NCBI GenBank assembly: GCA_963705255.1 | Contig: OY970061.1 | Location: 1,760,001 to 1,824,000 of the forward strand | Direction: 5' to 3' | DNA: 64,000 nucleotides | DNA from: an uncultured Methanoregulaceae archaeon | Lineage (GTDB): Archaea; Halobacteriota; Methanomicrobia; Methanomicrobiales; Methanospirillaceae | Shown: piece by piece, positions 1 to 9,799 of the stretch | How the letters are laid out: every line of letters begins with the position of its first letter | How positions within the stretch are numbered: position 1 is the stretch's first letter | Translations under genes and position numbers: made by a program | The notes under the pieces: generated by a model | The model's input: the letters and a program-made list of their open reading frames with translations, nothing else | Told to the model about the DNA's origin: nothing | The model's database searches: none

Positions 1-91
1 TGAAGTTCCCGGCAGCCATCGACCACCCGGCCATCGCGGCGACCACGGATGCCGTGAGCAGGGTGCAGAGCAGGTAGGTTATCCGTTTCAT
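1..91 (-). CDS. N-terminus of a secreted/surface protein (partial, runs off window)
   Basis: ATG at 91 reads MKRITYLLCTLLTASVVAAMAGWSMAAGNF, signal-peptide-like; lies directly downstream of the 96..1352 gene. Confidence 0.55.
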   Translation of the reverse strand, partial: MKRITYLLCTLLTASVVAAMAGWSMAAGNF

Positions 92-95
92 GGTA

Positions 96-1352
96 TCAGC
101 CGCCGAGGGTAAACTGCGATGTCCCGGAGACGTTGCCGAACACGATTTTTCCGGTCGCCGGGTCCCGTTCAAACGTGGACGCATTTACCTCGTATACCGA
201 GGGCCTGAGGGACGCCGTTTCGATCGTCAGCGACCAGAGGTTTATGTCCCCCGTGCCCCGGACCACGTCCGTGTTACCCATAACGCCGGAGAAGAACCCG
301 CCTTCCGTCCCGGTCCGGGGATCGATGGTGAGGGAATAATCCGAAGTGAACGACGGGGTTACCTGTACCATAATCTCATCGCCTGCCGGAAGGTTCGTGG
401 TGCCCGTGATCGTGAGCCGTTCCCCGAAAACGGGCTTGATCCCGAGGGTGTCCACGGTGATGAAGGGATTAGTATTTGTCCCCGTTCCTGGTTGCGCTGG
501 TACTGCTGTGGTTGTATCTTCCAGCGTAAAACCGGTGGACCCGGAGAGGTCTCCCGGCGAGATATTTGCCTCGCTGATATTTCCCTGTATGGTGGAGACG
601 TTCACGAGATACGGGCCGGGGATCAGCTGCGCGGTGTCCACCCCAAAGGACCAGCGGTTGACGCCTTCCGTGCCCGGGAGAACATAGAGGAGGCCTGTCA
701 CCGTTGCCCCGCCCAGCGTCGTCATCTCACGGGTCTTTGGGTCGAGAGAGAACGTCGATGTATTGTCCTGCTGGATAACCGCGTAGAGCAGATTTGTATC
801 CACCGGCATGCTCGTTATACCCGTGACAAGGAATTTTTCCCCGATCTGTTTTGTGCTGATGGGATTAACGGCGATGAACGGCGTCTGGTTCACCCGTGAA
901 CTCCGGGCTCCTGCCGGTCCCCCGGCCGGGCTGCCGAGCGTGAACCGGGACGTTGCCAGCAGGTCCCCGTGGGTAACGTTGCTATCAGCCCCGCTGATGA
1001 TAAGATTATTAACGTTTATGCGATATTCCCCGGGGGCGAGACTGGTCGTGTCCACCGCGGAGGACCAGGTATTGGTCATACCGGAACCCCGGACAACGAT
1101 TGCATCTGTCCCGGCAGCGGTGCCGGATCCCGCACCGGACGCCGGGAAAATGCCGATTTCCAGTTCCGCGCCGACCGGAAGGTTCGTCGTTCCCGTGATG
1201 ACCATCAGATCGCCGGCATTCCGGTCGGCGATGGGATCGATGGATGCCGAGGGGAAGAGGGTGAAGGTGCCGGTCAGGAGGATACTCGCAAACAGGATCG
1301 CGAGGAGCCCCGCGGCGACGATACCGGCCCAGGTCAGGTATTTTTTTTTCAT
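96..1352 (-). CDS. Surface protein with three S-layer-type Ig-like repeats
   Basis: N-terminal hydrophobic anchor; 3 copies of (P)xIxxDPIxxxxxGxxxxITGTTNLPxG...GxxxxNxWSxxxDT, resembling Methanomicrobiales S-layer glycoprotein domains. Confidence 0.75.
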   Translation of the reverse strand: MKKKYLTWAGIVAAGLLAILFASILLTGTFTLFPSASIDPIADRNAGDLMVITGTTNLPVGAELEIGIFPASGAGSGTAAGTDAIVVRGSGMTNTWSSAVDTTSLAPGEYRINVNNLIISGADSNVTHGDLLATSRFTLGSPAGGPAGARSSRVNQTPFIAVNPISTKQIGEKFLVTGITSMPVDTNLLYAVIQQDNTSTFSLDPKTREMTTLGGATVTGLLYVLPGTEGVNRWSFGVDTAQLIPGPYLVNVSTIQGNISEANISPGDLSGSTGFTLEDTTTAVPAQPGTGTNTNPFITVDTLGIKPVFGERLTITGTTNLPAGDEIMVQVTPSFTSDYSLTIDPRTGTEGGFFSGVMGNTDVVRGTGDINLWSLTIETASLRPSVYEVNASTFERDPATGKIVFGNVSGTSQFTLGG

Positions 1353-1358
1353 ATGCGA

Positions 1359-1381
1359 ACAATGTAATATATTTTGTGCAT
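1359..1381 (-). promoter_or_regulatory. Conserved 23-bp upstream motif, copy 1
   Basis: ACAATGTAATATATTTTGTGCAT, identical to 3437..3459; just upstream of the ATG. Confidence 0.6.
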
Positions 1382-1614
1382 CTGGTAAAAAATGTTTAGC
1401 TTTTGTTTTTCCTTGACAGCGTTCTTATAAACGTTGATGAACGTGCGCATCCGGAGAACAATGGTCAGTTTTTTTCGCCGGAAAATATGCCATGATACAA
1501 CGCATTTTTGATCCACCCCCAGCCTTTCAGCTCATAGGAGGTTAAGCATAACCCGTTTTCCCGGTCCTGGATCATATCCTTTACCACCGGCACAGGTTCA
1601 TCCGGGGCAAACTC

Positions 1615-2187
1615 CTATTTCAGGGTAAAGGAGGCGTATCCATAATGGTCCCCAATCTCAAGATCCGTAAAATTACCTTTCATTTCACCCACCAGGGCAA
1701 CCCACTTCCCCGGTCTGACATCGTCCCCGGCCATGCCGACATCGAGCGATATCCGGTTTGATCTGCCGTCACCTTTTACTACCCAGCCATTGCCAGTTGT
1801 AACGCCCCTGATGGTGCCGGTCGGAGGTTTCCCTGTATCCGGCATGAGCTGCCAAAGGAGCTCGGTACCAGCGGGAAGGCTGGTAGTTCCGGTTATCAGG
1901 ATCTTCTGACTGTCGGACACGTCACCGATCGGGTCGAGCATTATCCCGGTGGAAAGAACCGGTGCAGGTGTGGGCCGCACCGTTGCCGGTTTTTCCGGTG
2001 CCTTCACGGTCACCGGTGCGGTTGGTGTACCTGCAGCCGGCTGTTCACTCTGCTTCCCGCTGATAGTGGTAACCTGGCTCTGGTTCTCCGGGGCGGACCC
2101 CGTGCACCCGGCGCTCACAAGGGTCGCGATGGTTATGAATACTGCGAGGCAGATGAGCGCGCGGCCTGATTCCTGGCGGCTTTTCAT
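1615..2187 (-). CDS. Putative lipoprotein with one S-layer-type Ig-like domain
   Basis: Lipobox-like VSAGC, Pro/Thr linker, LDPIGD...ITGTTSLPAG domain. Confidence 0.7.
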   Translation of the reverse strand: MKSRQESGRALICLAVFITIATLVSAGCTGSAPENQSQVTTISGKQSEQPAAGTPTAPVTVKAPEKPATVRPTPAPVLSTGIMLDPIGDVSDSQKILITGTTSLPAGTELLWQLMPDTGKPPTGTIRGVTTGNGWVVKGDGRSNRISLDVGMAGDDVRPGKWVALVGEMKGNFTDLEIGDHYGYASFTLK

Positions 2188-2223
2188 GATTTCTCCTGAA
2201 CATCCCGCGGTATGTATACCTGG

Positions 2224-3429
2224 CTAGTTCAGGGTAAAGAATGTGGACCCCGACGGGTACCCTGTTTTGGCCTGGCCCGGGTCCCCTACCAGCAGCGCTG
2301 CCGACACGTTGTATTCGCCCGGCTGGAGCGCATTCGTGTCCATGGCAAAGGACACCCGGTTGGCGGTGCTACTGCCTTTCGTTACTTGGGAGTTTGCCAT
2401 CATTCCCGAAAAGGTCCCTGCCTGGTCAGGGTTCCCGGCAAGTGCTGCCGGTGTGACCTGCCAGAGTATGCCGGTCCCTACGGGAAGACTGGTCGTCCCG
2501 GTGACAAGGAACTGGTCCCCGGACGACCGGTCGCCGATCGCGTTCAGAGTGATGAAATCATCTCTGGTCACCGTAGGCTGGACCGGCGTATCGGTACCGA
2601 GATACGGCCCCTCAAGCGTGAAGAGCGCGGTGCCGGTGGCATTCCCGAGGTGTGCCGTGCCTTTGGACAGGTCCCCTTCCCAGTTCGTGACCGAGACGAG
2701 GAGTTCGTCCGGTTTGAGGATCGAGGTATCGATGGGGCAGGTGAACCGGTTGACATTTCCGGTGCCCTTCATCACCAGGGCCGAGGACCCGATCCCGGTA
2801 TTCGTCTTACTGCCGGGCTTCGCTTTTACCATCACCATAAGCTCCGTCCCGGCCGGGAAGTTAGTGGTGCCCGATACAACGATGAGGTCTCCCGTTGTCT
2901 TCGGGGCAATCGCGTCGATGAGGATGCACGGTTCGGTGCACGAGGACGCTGAATGGGCGGAGACTGCTGAGTCTGCCGATGCAGCCGGGTGAACGGTAAA
3001 TCTTGTCGATCCGAAGATCTCCCCTTTTGTGTAATCCCCTTTTGAGATGTCTCCCTTGAATGACGACACGTTGACGAGATATTCCATCGGCCTGAATGTT
3101 GAGGTGTTAAGCGGGAATGCCCATGTGTTGGTACCACCTGTACCTCCGGCGATCGTAACGGTCCCTGTCGCCCCGGTAAATTCACCGCTCCCGGTCCCCG
3201 TCTGGTCTTCAAAGGATGCGGGGTAGACTTCCGCGAGAATCTCCGTGCCGGCCGGGAGGCTGGTCTTGCCGGTGATGGTGAACTGGTCGCCAACGTTCTT
3301 ATCGCTCACCGGGTCAACGGAGATGAACGGTTTTGCGACCGAAAATCCGGTGACCATGCCGACGCATATCATGGCGGCAATGATACCGACGGCAAGGATG
3401 CTGCCGTACATGAGAGTCTGGTGTTTCAT
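2224..3429 (-). CDS. Surface protein with three S-layer-type Ig-like repeats
   Basis: Probable start MKHQTLMYG at 3429, signal anchor, 3 repeats including PFISVDPVSDKNVGDQFTITGKTSLPAG. Confidence 0.75.
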   Translation of the reverse strand: MKHQTLMYGSILAVGIIAAMICVGMVTGFSVAKPFISVDPVSDKNVGDQFTITGKTSLPAGTEILAEVYPASFEDQTGTGSGEFTGATGTVTIAGGTGGTNTWAFPLNTSTFRPMEYLVNVSSFKGDISKGDYTKGEIFGSTRFTVHPAASADSAVSAHSASSCTEPCILIDAIAPKTTGDLIVVSGTTNFPAGTELMVMVKAKPGSKTNTGIGSSALVMKGTGNVNRFTCPIDTSILKPDELLVSVTNWEGDLSKGTAHLGNATGTALFTLEGPYLGTDTPVQPTVTRDDFITLNAIGDRSSGDQFLVTGTTSLPVGTGILWQVTPAALAGNPDQAGTFSGMMANSQVTKGSSTANRVSFAMDTNALQPGEYNVSAALLVGDPGQAKTGYPSGSTFFTLN

Positions 3430-3436
3430 TGTTCCC

Positions 3437-3459
3437 ACAATGTAATATATTTTGTGCAT
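3437..3459 (-). promoter_or_regulatory. Conserved 23-bp upstream motif, copy 2
   Basis: Identical to 1359..1381; lies between a TTTATA box (minus strand, about 3464-3469) and the ATG. Confidence 0.6.
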
Positions 3460-3832
3460 TGTGTATAAACTTTTTGGCATATTGTGAAAATTTTTTTGCA
3501 AAATCGAGAGATTTTGATATGGAGGCTCGACCGGTCGTTGGTATCTGGCATGACACTCCTGAAAGGAGGAGGTTTTGTTTTTCCCGTTTATGGTAACGCC
3601 GGAGTGATCCCCCCTTTTCCGGAGTTGCCCGGACATACCATCCCCTGAAAAATAACTCCTCAATTTAGCCCCAGTTTGCCGAAATAAGCCCGATTTGAAA
3701 GGTCGATTTTCCGGGTATCGCGTTTTTTGGCGAATTATAGTACAGTGATTTTTGGATACGGCTGTATTATCGTTATTTTGCTCATCTGAAGGGCATTTCA
3801 GCCTCTGAAAAATGTCTCTTTATTGCCTTTTG

Positions 3833-4015
3833 GATGTGCGATTGCTACCCGAAGGGTAGCAAGAGCTTGAGAAGAAGCCGGAGGCCTTCTTCGAACGATG
3901 TGCGACTGCTGCCCAATGGTGGCAGGAGGCTGGAGAATATTGAGGAGCATCAGACCCGAAAGAGGAGAAGACCGAAGGTCTTCGACTGAATGCCGAAGGC
4001 GTTCTTCGAACGATG
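3833..4015. repeat. Cluster of short hairpins (dispersed palindromic element family)
   Basis: TTGCTACCC-GAA-GGGTAGCAA, GAAGACC-GAA-GGTCTTC, GAATGCC-GAA-GGCGTTC; direct repeat TTCTTCGAACGATG twice. Confidence 0.6.
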
Positions 4016-4244
4016 ATCCGGGAGCCGGGATCCTGGGGAAAAGGTTGGCCGGGGGAATGGCGGGGGGTGGGATCCGGGGTTTTGTGATCGGGGCAGTTAC
4101 GTTGGGAGGATAGTATTTCATATAAACTTCCCGCCTCCGTTTGAGAGGAACGCGATCGCTCAAGGTTTCGAGGGTATTGAACTTGCGACTGCCGGTACCG
4201 ACTGTTTTTGCATAGGTATCAGTGTAGGCGACCAGTCCTCTGTA

Positions 4245-6101
4245 TTATCGCACAGTTCCGAACCGGCCGATCACGCACTGGATCTCTGCTGCCACCCTCT
4301 TCAGTTCATCAATCCGGTCCGCAACCTTCTCTTCATGCCGTTTCCGCTCTGCAAGTGCCGAGTCGATCGCGCCATGGGTCGCCCCGATGGTCAGGCCAAG
4401 ATTAGCATCGAGATCGGCGCTGAACTTCCTGAATGCCGCATCAATGTTCTGCAGGGTCTCCCAGCGGAGGTTCTCGAGGTTGCGAATCACCAGCGTATCG
4501 ATCTGTTTTTTTAACCGGTTCCGTGCCCGGCTCTCGCGCAGCGATCCGGGCAGGAGGCGCCCGATGACCCCGGCCGGGATTGGTGAGAACGAACTGTCCC
4601 AGCAATGCTCGACCCAGTAGGGTTTTTTTACCGGCTCATAGGCGTATTCACCGTTCGGTGGATGGTACGGGATGTCAAAGAGCTCCGCTGCTGCCTTCCG
4701 GATAGATTCTGTGAGTTCGTCCGCCCTCTGTTCGTGATCTTTCAGCCTGGCAGCAACCTCTTTGTCCATCATCGAGGTGATCCTGCCAAGTTCGCGCTCG
4801 AACCATACCGGAATCTCGTCTGCCACGGCCTGCTGCGCCGCAGGCTCCGGGTCCTGCGGGGATGCTGCGATGGCCGATTCGGCAATCTTCGTGAGACGCT
4901 CACGGAGCGGGGCGCGAAGATTCTGGATATACGCTTCCAGCTGGGCGTGTACCCTTTTCTGGTCGCCGGTGAGGATATCCTGTGCGTGGATCCGCTGCTG
5001 CTGTGCCTTCGCGATCTTTTTGTCGAACAGGGCCAGTCTGTTCTCCAGCTGGGCGAGCGGCAGTTCGAGCGCCCGAATCTCAAGCTCGATCTGGAGCTGG
5101 ACATCATGGAAGAGATCGAGCGCTTTTCTCCCGATGGCGTCCCGCAACACGCGGTTCTTCTCACGGGCGAGAAAGGCAATGAGGTGATCGAAGATTTCAG
5201 CGAGCCCGCTCACCTCCCACAGGTCCTCATTGCCCGACTCTTTTGCCCGCAATCCCTCCCGTGCAGATATCGCAAAGATCCGGGTGCCGGGATCAATACC
5301 TACATCGCGTGTCAGGACCGTGCGATAGAACCCCAGTGCCACCTCCCGCTCCGCATCGGTCAGGTAGTCTACCTTATTCAGTACCAAGAATACCTGTGCG
5401 GCCCTGCTCCGGATCTCTTTGAGGAAGGTAACTTCGACTTCCATGATCGGCGGGTCGGCCGAGATGACGAAGAGAGCAGCATCGCACTGCGGCAGGAAGT
5501 TCATCGTCGCCTCGGTGTTGTGCCGGTAGGTCGAACCGATACCGGGCGTGTCGATGAGGACGACATCGCGGAGGATCGCAGCAGGGTGGGTGATCTCCAC
5601 CTGGAGAACTCCCTTTAAGTTCTTCGGATTGGAATCCTCGGTGACGAATCCCATGAGCTGTTTTTGCAGCCACCGGTTCCCGGAGGGAGGAGATGCGGGA
5701 AGACCCGTGTCTTCGATGCACTTCGTCGGTTCACCGTTGAGGACGGTATCCGGGCGGCTGTCATGGTACCGGACCCGGAGCAACCGCTGCTCCCCGTACC
5801 GGATGAATGTCGGGAGTGCCGTGAGCGGGACGACCGAACTCGGCAGGATGTCCTCGCCAAGCAGTGCGTTGATGAGCGTGCTCTTGCCCCGCTTGACCTG
5901 CCCGAGCACCGCGAGGTGGAACCGGCCCTGCGCGAGACGTTTTTCGAGTTCGTCCAGGCGCTGTGCATGGATGGCATAGCGGGGATCCATGGCCTCGAAG
6001 CGCCGCCGTTCGGTTTTCAGGATCTCCGCAAGGTTTTCCAGGACAGGGATCGTCCGGGTGTTGTGTGGGGGTAACGGGGTCGGGGTGCCGGTATCATCCA
6101 T
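4245..6101 (-). CDS. Dynamin-like GTPase A (bacterial dynamin-like protein family)
   Basis: G1 GQVKRGKS, G2 VVPLT, G3 DTPG, G4 NKVD, long helical C-terminus; GGGAGG RBS before ATG at 6101. Confidence 0.88.
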   Translation of the reverse strand: MDDTGTPTPLPPHNTRTIPVLENLAEILKTERRRFEAMDPRYAIHAQRLDELEKRLAQGRFHLAVLGQVKRGKSTLINALLGEDILPSSVVPLTALPTFIRYGEQRLLRVRYHDSRPDTVLNGEPTKCIEDTGLPASPPSGNRWLQKQLMGFVTEDSNPKNLKGVLQVEITHPAAILRDVVLIDTPGIGSTYRHNTEATMNFLPQCDAALFVISADPPIMEVEVTFLKEIRSRAAQVFLVLNKVDYLTDAEREVALGFYRTVLTRDVGIDPGTRIFAISAREGLRAKESGNEDLWEVSGLAEIFDHLIAFLAREKNRVLRDAIGRKALDLFHDVQLQIELEIRALELPLAQLENRLALFDKKIAKAQQQRIHAQDILTGDQKRVHAQLEAYIQNLRAPLRERLTKIAESAIAASPQDPEPAAQQAVADEIPVWFERELGRITSMMDKEVAARLKDHEQRADELTESIRKAAAELFDIPYHPPNGEYAYEPVKKPYWVEHCWDSSFSPIPAGVIGRLLPGSLRESRARNRLKKQIDTLVIRNLENLRWETLQNIDAAFRKFSADLDANLGLTIGATHGAIDSALAERKRHEEKVADRIDELKRVAAEIQCVIGRFGTVR

Positions 6102-6166
6102 AGGAGAATTCCTCCCTGTATCATCCGATCCTGGTGTGCCGCATGGCAGCACCGGCGATCGGGCGG

Positions 6167-6213
6167 GTAGGAGTTATCAGCACAAAAGGCGGTTAGCGGT
6201 GAACTCCATCACC
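6167..6213 (-). ncRNA. Fluoride riboswitch (crcB motif) upstream of dynamin A
   Basis: GGTGATGGAGTTCACC-GCTAACCGC-CTTTTGT-GCTGATAACTCCTAC: P1 GGTGA/TCACC, pseudoknot GGAGTT/AACTCC, conserved AACCGC and GCTGAT. Confidence 0.92.
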
Positions 6214-6322
6214 GGATACAGAAATTCTGCATGTGCTGATAATTAAGGGTTTGTCTCTTCCCGTACCATGAGGAAAAAAGAAAACTATTAGTGACAGGAA
6301 CCAGCATTTCTGATCTGTCAGT

Positions 6323-6368
6323 GGCGATGAAGTCCGCCATAACCGCCCGCCGGGGCTGATGACTTCTG
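6323..6368 (+). ncRNA. Fluoride riboswitch (crcB motif) upstream of the enolase remnant and dynamin B
   Basis: GGCGATGAAGTCCGCC-ATAACCGC-CCGCCGGG-GCTGATGACTTCTG: P1 GGCG/CGCC, pseudoknot GAAGTC/GACTTC. Confidence 0.92.
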
Positions 6369-6450
6369 TTTTACCGGTGATGAGGTCTGCTGTACCAGTA
6401 CGGCCAGCGGGTCTCTCACAGAAACTGGCCTGAACAGGGAGGGCAATTAC

Positions 6451-6599
<149 letters not shown>

Positions 6600-6611
6600 C
6601 CGGTCCTGACC

Positions 6612-8651
6612 ATGGCCCCGGATCCCGACACCCTGAACGAGAGCCAGGTTCGCCGTCTCCGTGTCACCTGCCAGCATATCGACAGGACGCTCAGCGAGAT
6701 CGAAGGAATCCTGAACGAGTCCGCATCACGGGCCGCGTTTCCCGCGTACATTGCAGACCTCTCCCCGCCCCAGCGGAAGACTCTCGAGGACTATATCGCA
6801 CGCGTCCGCGCCCGGCTCGTCCGGGTACTGGAAGGCCAGGGCATTGCCGCCAGCCAGCCGGGTATCCCCGTCTCGCGGGCAGTCCGCGGCAGGCTGTATT
6901 CGATTGACATTGCAGCAGAAGAACTCAAACCGAAGTACATGCGGGGATATGGCGAAGTCTCGGATACCGTTGCGACAGAACTGGACGGTATCGCGGGGGA
7001 GTTGCAGTCACTGGTCGTACGCCTTGACCAGTACCTTGCGGGGGGAGCCGGGCAGGATTTTAAGGAACGCCTGCAGCGGCTGGAAGGGGCAGGCAACGAC
7101 CTCGGCCTCCTCTCCTGGATCGAACGGGTTGTGGCGGATCGGGGCCTCGTTGAATTCCGGGGGACGATCGCTTCGATCCTCGACCGGGCAGAAGACCGGA
7201 GTTTTGAGATCGCGGTCTTCGGGCGTGTCAGCTCCGGGAAGTCGTCGCTCCTCAACGCCGTGCTCGGTACGGATCTGCTGCCGGTAGGCGTGACTCCGGT
7301 CACCGCTGTTCCCACACGCATCACCCACGGTGAGGAACCGTCGCTTACGGTATCGTTTGCCGATGCCCCGGCAAGAAAGTTCGAGATCCCAAGGCTCGGC
7401 GAATTCGCAACCGAGCAGCAGAATCCGGGGAACGCAAAGCATGTGACACGGATTACCGTCACCATCCCGGCATCAAGGCTCGCGAGCGGTGTCTCCTTTG
7501 TCGATACCCCGGGTCTCGGTTCGCTTGCAACGAGCGGGGCTGCCGAGACCCTCGCGTACCTGCCGAAGTGCGATCTCGGGGTGGTCCTGATAGACGCGGG
7601 ATCCACGCTGACCGGCGGGGACGTGCGGACGATCCTCGCATTGCAGGAAGCAGCCATCCCCGCACACATCCTGCTCAGTAAAGCCGACCTTCTCGACCGC
7701 CCTGATTGCGAAAAGACGATTGCATACGTGAAACAGCACATCGGTTCGGAGACCGGCCTTGACCTGCCGGTCCACCCGGTCAGCGTCCGCCCGTCGCACC
7801 GGCACCTGCTCGACCGCTGGTTCGGGGGGGACATCCTTCCGCTCTTCGACCGATCACAGGAACTCAGGGCCGCATCACTGCAGAGAAAGATCGGTCTGCT
7901 GCGGGAGTCAGTAATTTTCGATCTCCGGAAGAAGATCCAGCGGAGCCGGCAGGCATCACCGGAAGATACGGAAGAGCTCCGTGAAACCGGGGCCCGCCTG
8001 CGACGGGCAACCGGGCTTATCGGAGAGACACGCTCCGGATGCGAACGGGCAGCCGACGCAATCGCCGGGGATATTCCGGCGATATACAGCGCTGCCGCTG
8101 CCAGCGTCATGAAGATGAGGACGCATGAAGCCGATACGGGGAATACCGCTGACGATGTGATCCGCACTGCGGTTCTCCGGATTGTACAGGAGCGGGCAAA
8201 GAGTGTCCAGAGTCTCGTCGAAACCCTTGCCCTCCGGTTGCAGGAGGATCTGGTCAAAAGCGCGGCAGAAACCACGAGTGCCGACATGCCCGGCGATGAC
8301 GAATTCCCGTCGCTTGTCCGCGGTATGCCGGTTTTCGATCCCGTGACGATCCGCGTCTCCGTACCAAAATCCACGTATACCGCATTGCTGGGAAGGCGGT
8401 TTGAAGAGGAGCACCTTGTACGTCACATCCGCCGGCAACTCGGCGGATCCTTCGAGCCGGCTCTTGCAGGTTATAGCAGAGTCCTGAAGGAATGGGCAAG
8501 GCAAGTGACGGACCGGATGGGTGCAAAGTTCGAAACCTATGCTGAACGCTACCGTGCCCGGGCCGAGCGATCCCCTCATGGAACGGAACTGATGCCGGAA
8601 GAGATAGGGGCTGTTGAAGAGACCCTCAAAATGCTTGGGGACAATCCTTAA
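6612..8651 (+). CDS. Dynamin-like GTPase B
   Basis: N-terminal helical extension, G1 GRVSSGKS, G2 VTPVT, G3 DTPG, G4 SKAD, helical C-terminus. Confidence 0.88.
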   Translation: MAPDPDTLNESQVRRLRVTCQHIDRTLSEIEGILNESASRAAFPAYIADLSPPQRKTLEDYIARVRARLVRVLEGQGIAASQPGIPVSRAVRGRLYSIDIAAEELKPKYMRGYGEVSDTVATELDGIAGELQSLVVRLDQYLAGGAGQDFKERLQRLEGAGNDLGLLSWIERVVADRGLVEFRGTIASILDRAEDRSFEIAVFGRVSSGKSSLLNAVLGTDLLPVGVTPVTAVPTRITHGEEPSLTVSFADAPARKFEIPRLGEFATEQQNPGNAKHVTRITVTIPASRLASGVSFVDTPGLGSLATSGAAETLAYLPKCDLGVVLIDAGSTLTGGDVRTILALQEAAIPAHILLSKADLLDRPDCEKTIAYVKQHIGSETGLDLPVHPVSVRPSHRHLLDRWFGGDILPLFDRSQELRAASLQRKIGLLRESVIFDLRKKIQRSRQASPEDTEELRETGARLRRATGLIGETRSGCERAADAIAGDIPAIYSAAAASVMKMRTHEADTGNTADDVIRTAVLRIVQERAKSVQSLVETLALRLQEDLVKSAAETTSADMPGDDEFPSLVRGMPVFDPVTIRVSVPKSTYTALLGRRFEEEHLVRHIRRQLGGSFEPALAGYSRVLKEWARQVTDRMGAKFETYAERYRARAERSPHGTELMPEEIGAVEETLKMLGDNP

Positions 8652-8746
8652 AAAACTGCCAGCCCTGTAGGCTCAGCCATTCCTGATCGCCCCTGTTCGG
8701 AGTTTATCGCATAATTTACCTTCGAACATTCCGGATCATCAGCACT

Positions 8747-9400
8747 TCATCGATGACATCTTTCCCCCGGACTGGCTTTTTTCCATGATGGGGCAATACC
8801 TGCTGTATACTGTCGTTCGAGTGTTTCCTGCATACTGTTCAGGAGCTGTGCGAACCCTTCACCAAGACCGCCATGCCGGATATCCCGGATAACCGCATGC
8901 AGGAAAATCTGATGATAGATACAAAGGTCGTCAAAGACCGGATCAGAAAACCCGTAAAGCCGGTTTATGAGAAGCGCGGGCTGATACATCTCCCGGATCT
9001 TCTCCGGGGTGTCGTACCTGCAGATCGTCTCAAAGAACGTGTGCGAGGCCCGGACCATCCCGTCGATGAGCAGGGGGAGTTCCTCCGGCAGACCGGAGAA
9101 TTGCTGGGTGAAGACCGGGCAGAACCACGGTGCCTGACGGATCTCCGGGCGCAACGCACGGAACTCTGGGTAATGATAGATCTTCAGGATGGTTTCCCTG
9201 TCCGTGACGAGCCGGTACGCATTCCCGGGACCGGCTGAATTTTTACACAGCACGATGAATCCCGCATTCCGGAATGATTCGATCCACCTCCGTATCGTCG
9301 CCGCTTTCGTGAACCCGGCAGCGGTGGCGAGATCGATCTCGCTGTGTGACCCGCCATCGAGCAGGATATGCATCAACCGGGACTTGACCGGGGATTTCAT
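8747..9400 (-). CDS. Putative winged-helix DNA-binding protein
   Basis: N-terminal HTH-like segment (HSEIDLATAAGFTKAATIRRWIESFRNAGFI); ATGA overlap with the upstream gene. Confidence 0.6.
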   Translation of the reverse strand: MKSPVKSRLMHILLDGGSHSEIDLATAAGFTKAATIRRWIESFRNAGFIVLCKNSAGPGNAYRLVTDRETILKIYHYPEFRALRPEIRQAPWFCPVFTQQFSGLPEELPLLIDGMVRASHTFFETICRYDTPEKIREMYQPALLINRLYGFSDPVFDDLCIYHQIFLHAVIRDIRHGGLGEGFAQLLNSMQETLERQYTAGIAPSWKKASPGERCHR

Positions 9401-9792
9401 CGCGGTGCACCTTCCGGTACTACGCCGGCTGTCTCATCACATGCTGTTCGCACAACCGGGGATGGATGCTCCCTAAGTCTGCCGATCAGCTGTTGGCTGG
9501 CAGGAGATTTGATCCGTGACAGTGCATACACAATCTCACGCAAAGTGTACACGTCCTGGCCGGCGCGTATCATTGCTTCAAACGCCGGGACTGCCCGTTT
9601 GTATCGCCCCTGCCCGAGGATTTGTATCGCCATCATCCGGTGCTCACGGAGCGGGTGGTGCAGGGTGAGGAGGAGCCGCTCTTCATAGGGATGATCTTTC
9701 CAGTGTTCAATGGATCTTCCACACCGCTTGCAGATCTGTTCGTCCTCCGGGCTTTGTTTCCCGCAGAACGGGCAGAAGAAGGTCGTGCCCAT
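9397..9792 (-). CDS. Zn-ribbon + HEAT-repeat protein
   Basis: CPFC..CKRC ribbon followed by HEAT-like repeats; GAGGTGA RBS before ATG at 9792. Confidence 0.72.
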   Translation of the reverse strand: MGTTFFCPFCGKQSPEDEQICKRCGRSIEHWKDHPYEERLLLTLHHPLREHRMMAIQILGQGRYKRAVPAFEAMIRAGQDVYTLREIVYALSRIKSPASQQLIGRLREHPSPVVRTACDETAGVVPEGAPR

Positions 9793-9799
9793 CGTCACC

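Noticed and set aside
3798-4163. 121-aa ORF in the intergenic region
   Set aside because: Low-complexity translation overlapping the hairpin repeat cluster, with no RBS or recognisable domain
6791-8374. Long antisense ORFs (also 10796..12442, 38783..39910, 52568..53788)
   Set aside because: Shadow frames of well-supported genes in GC-rich DNA, with no recognisable motifs
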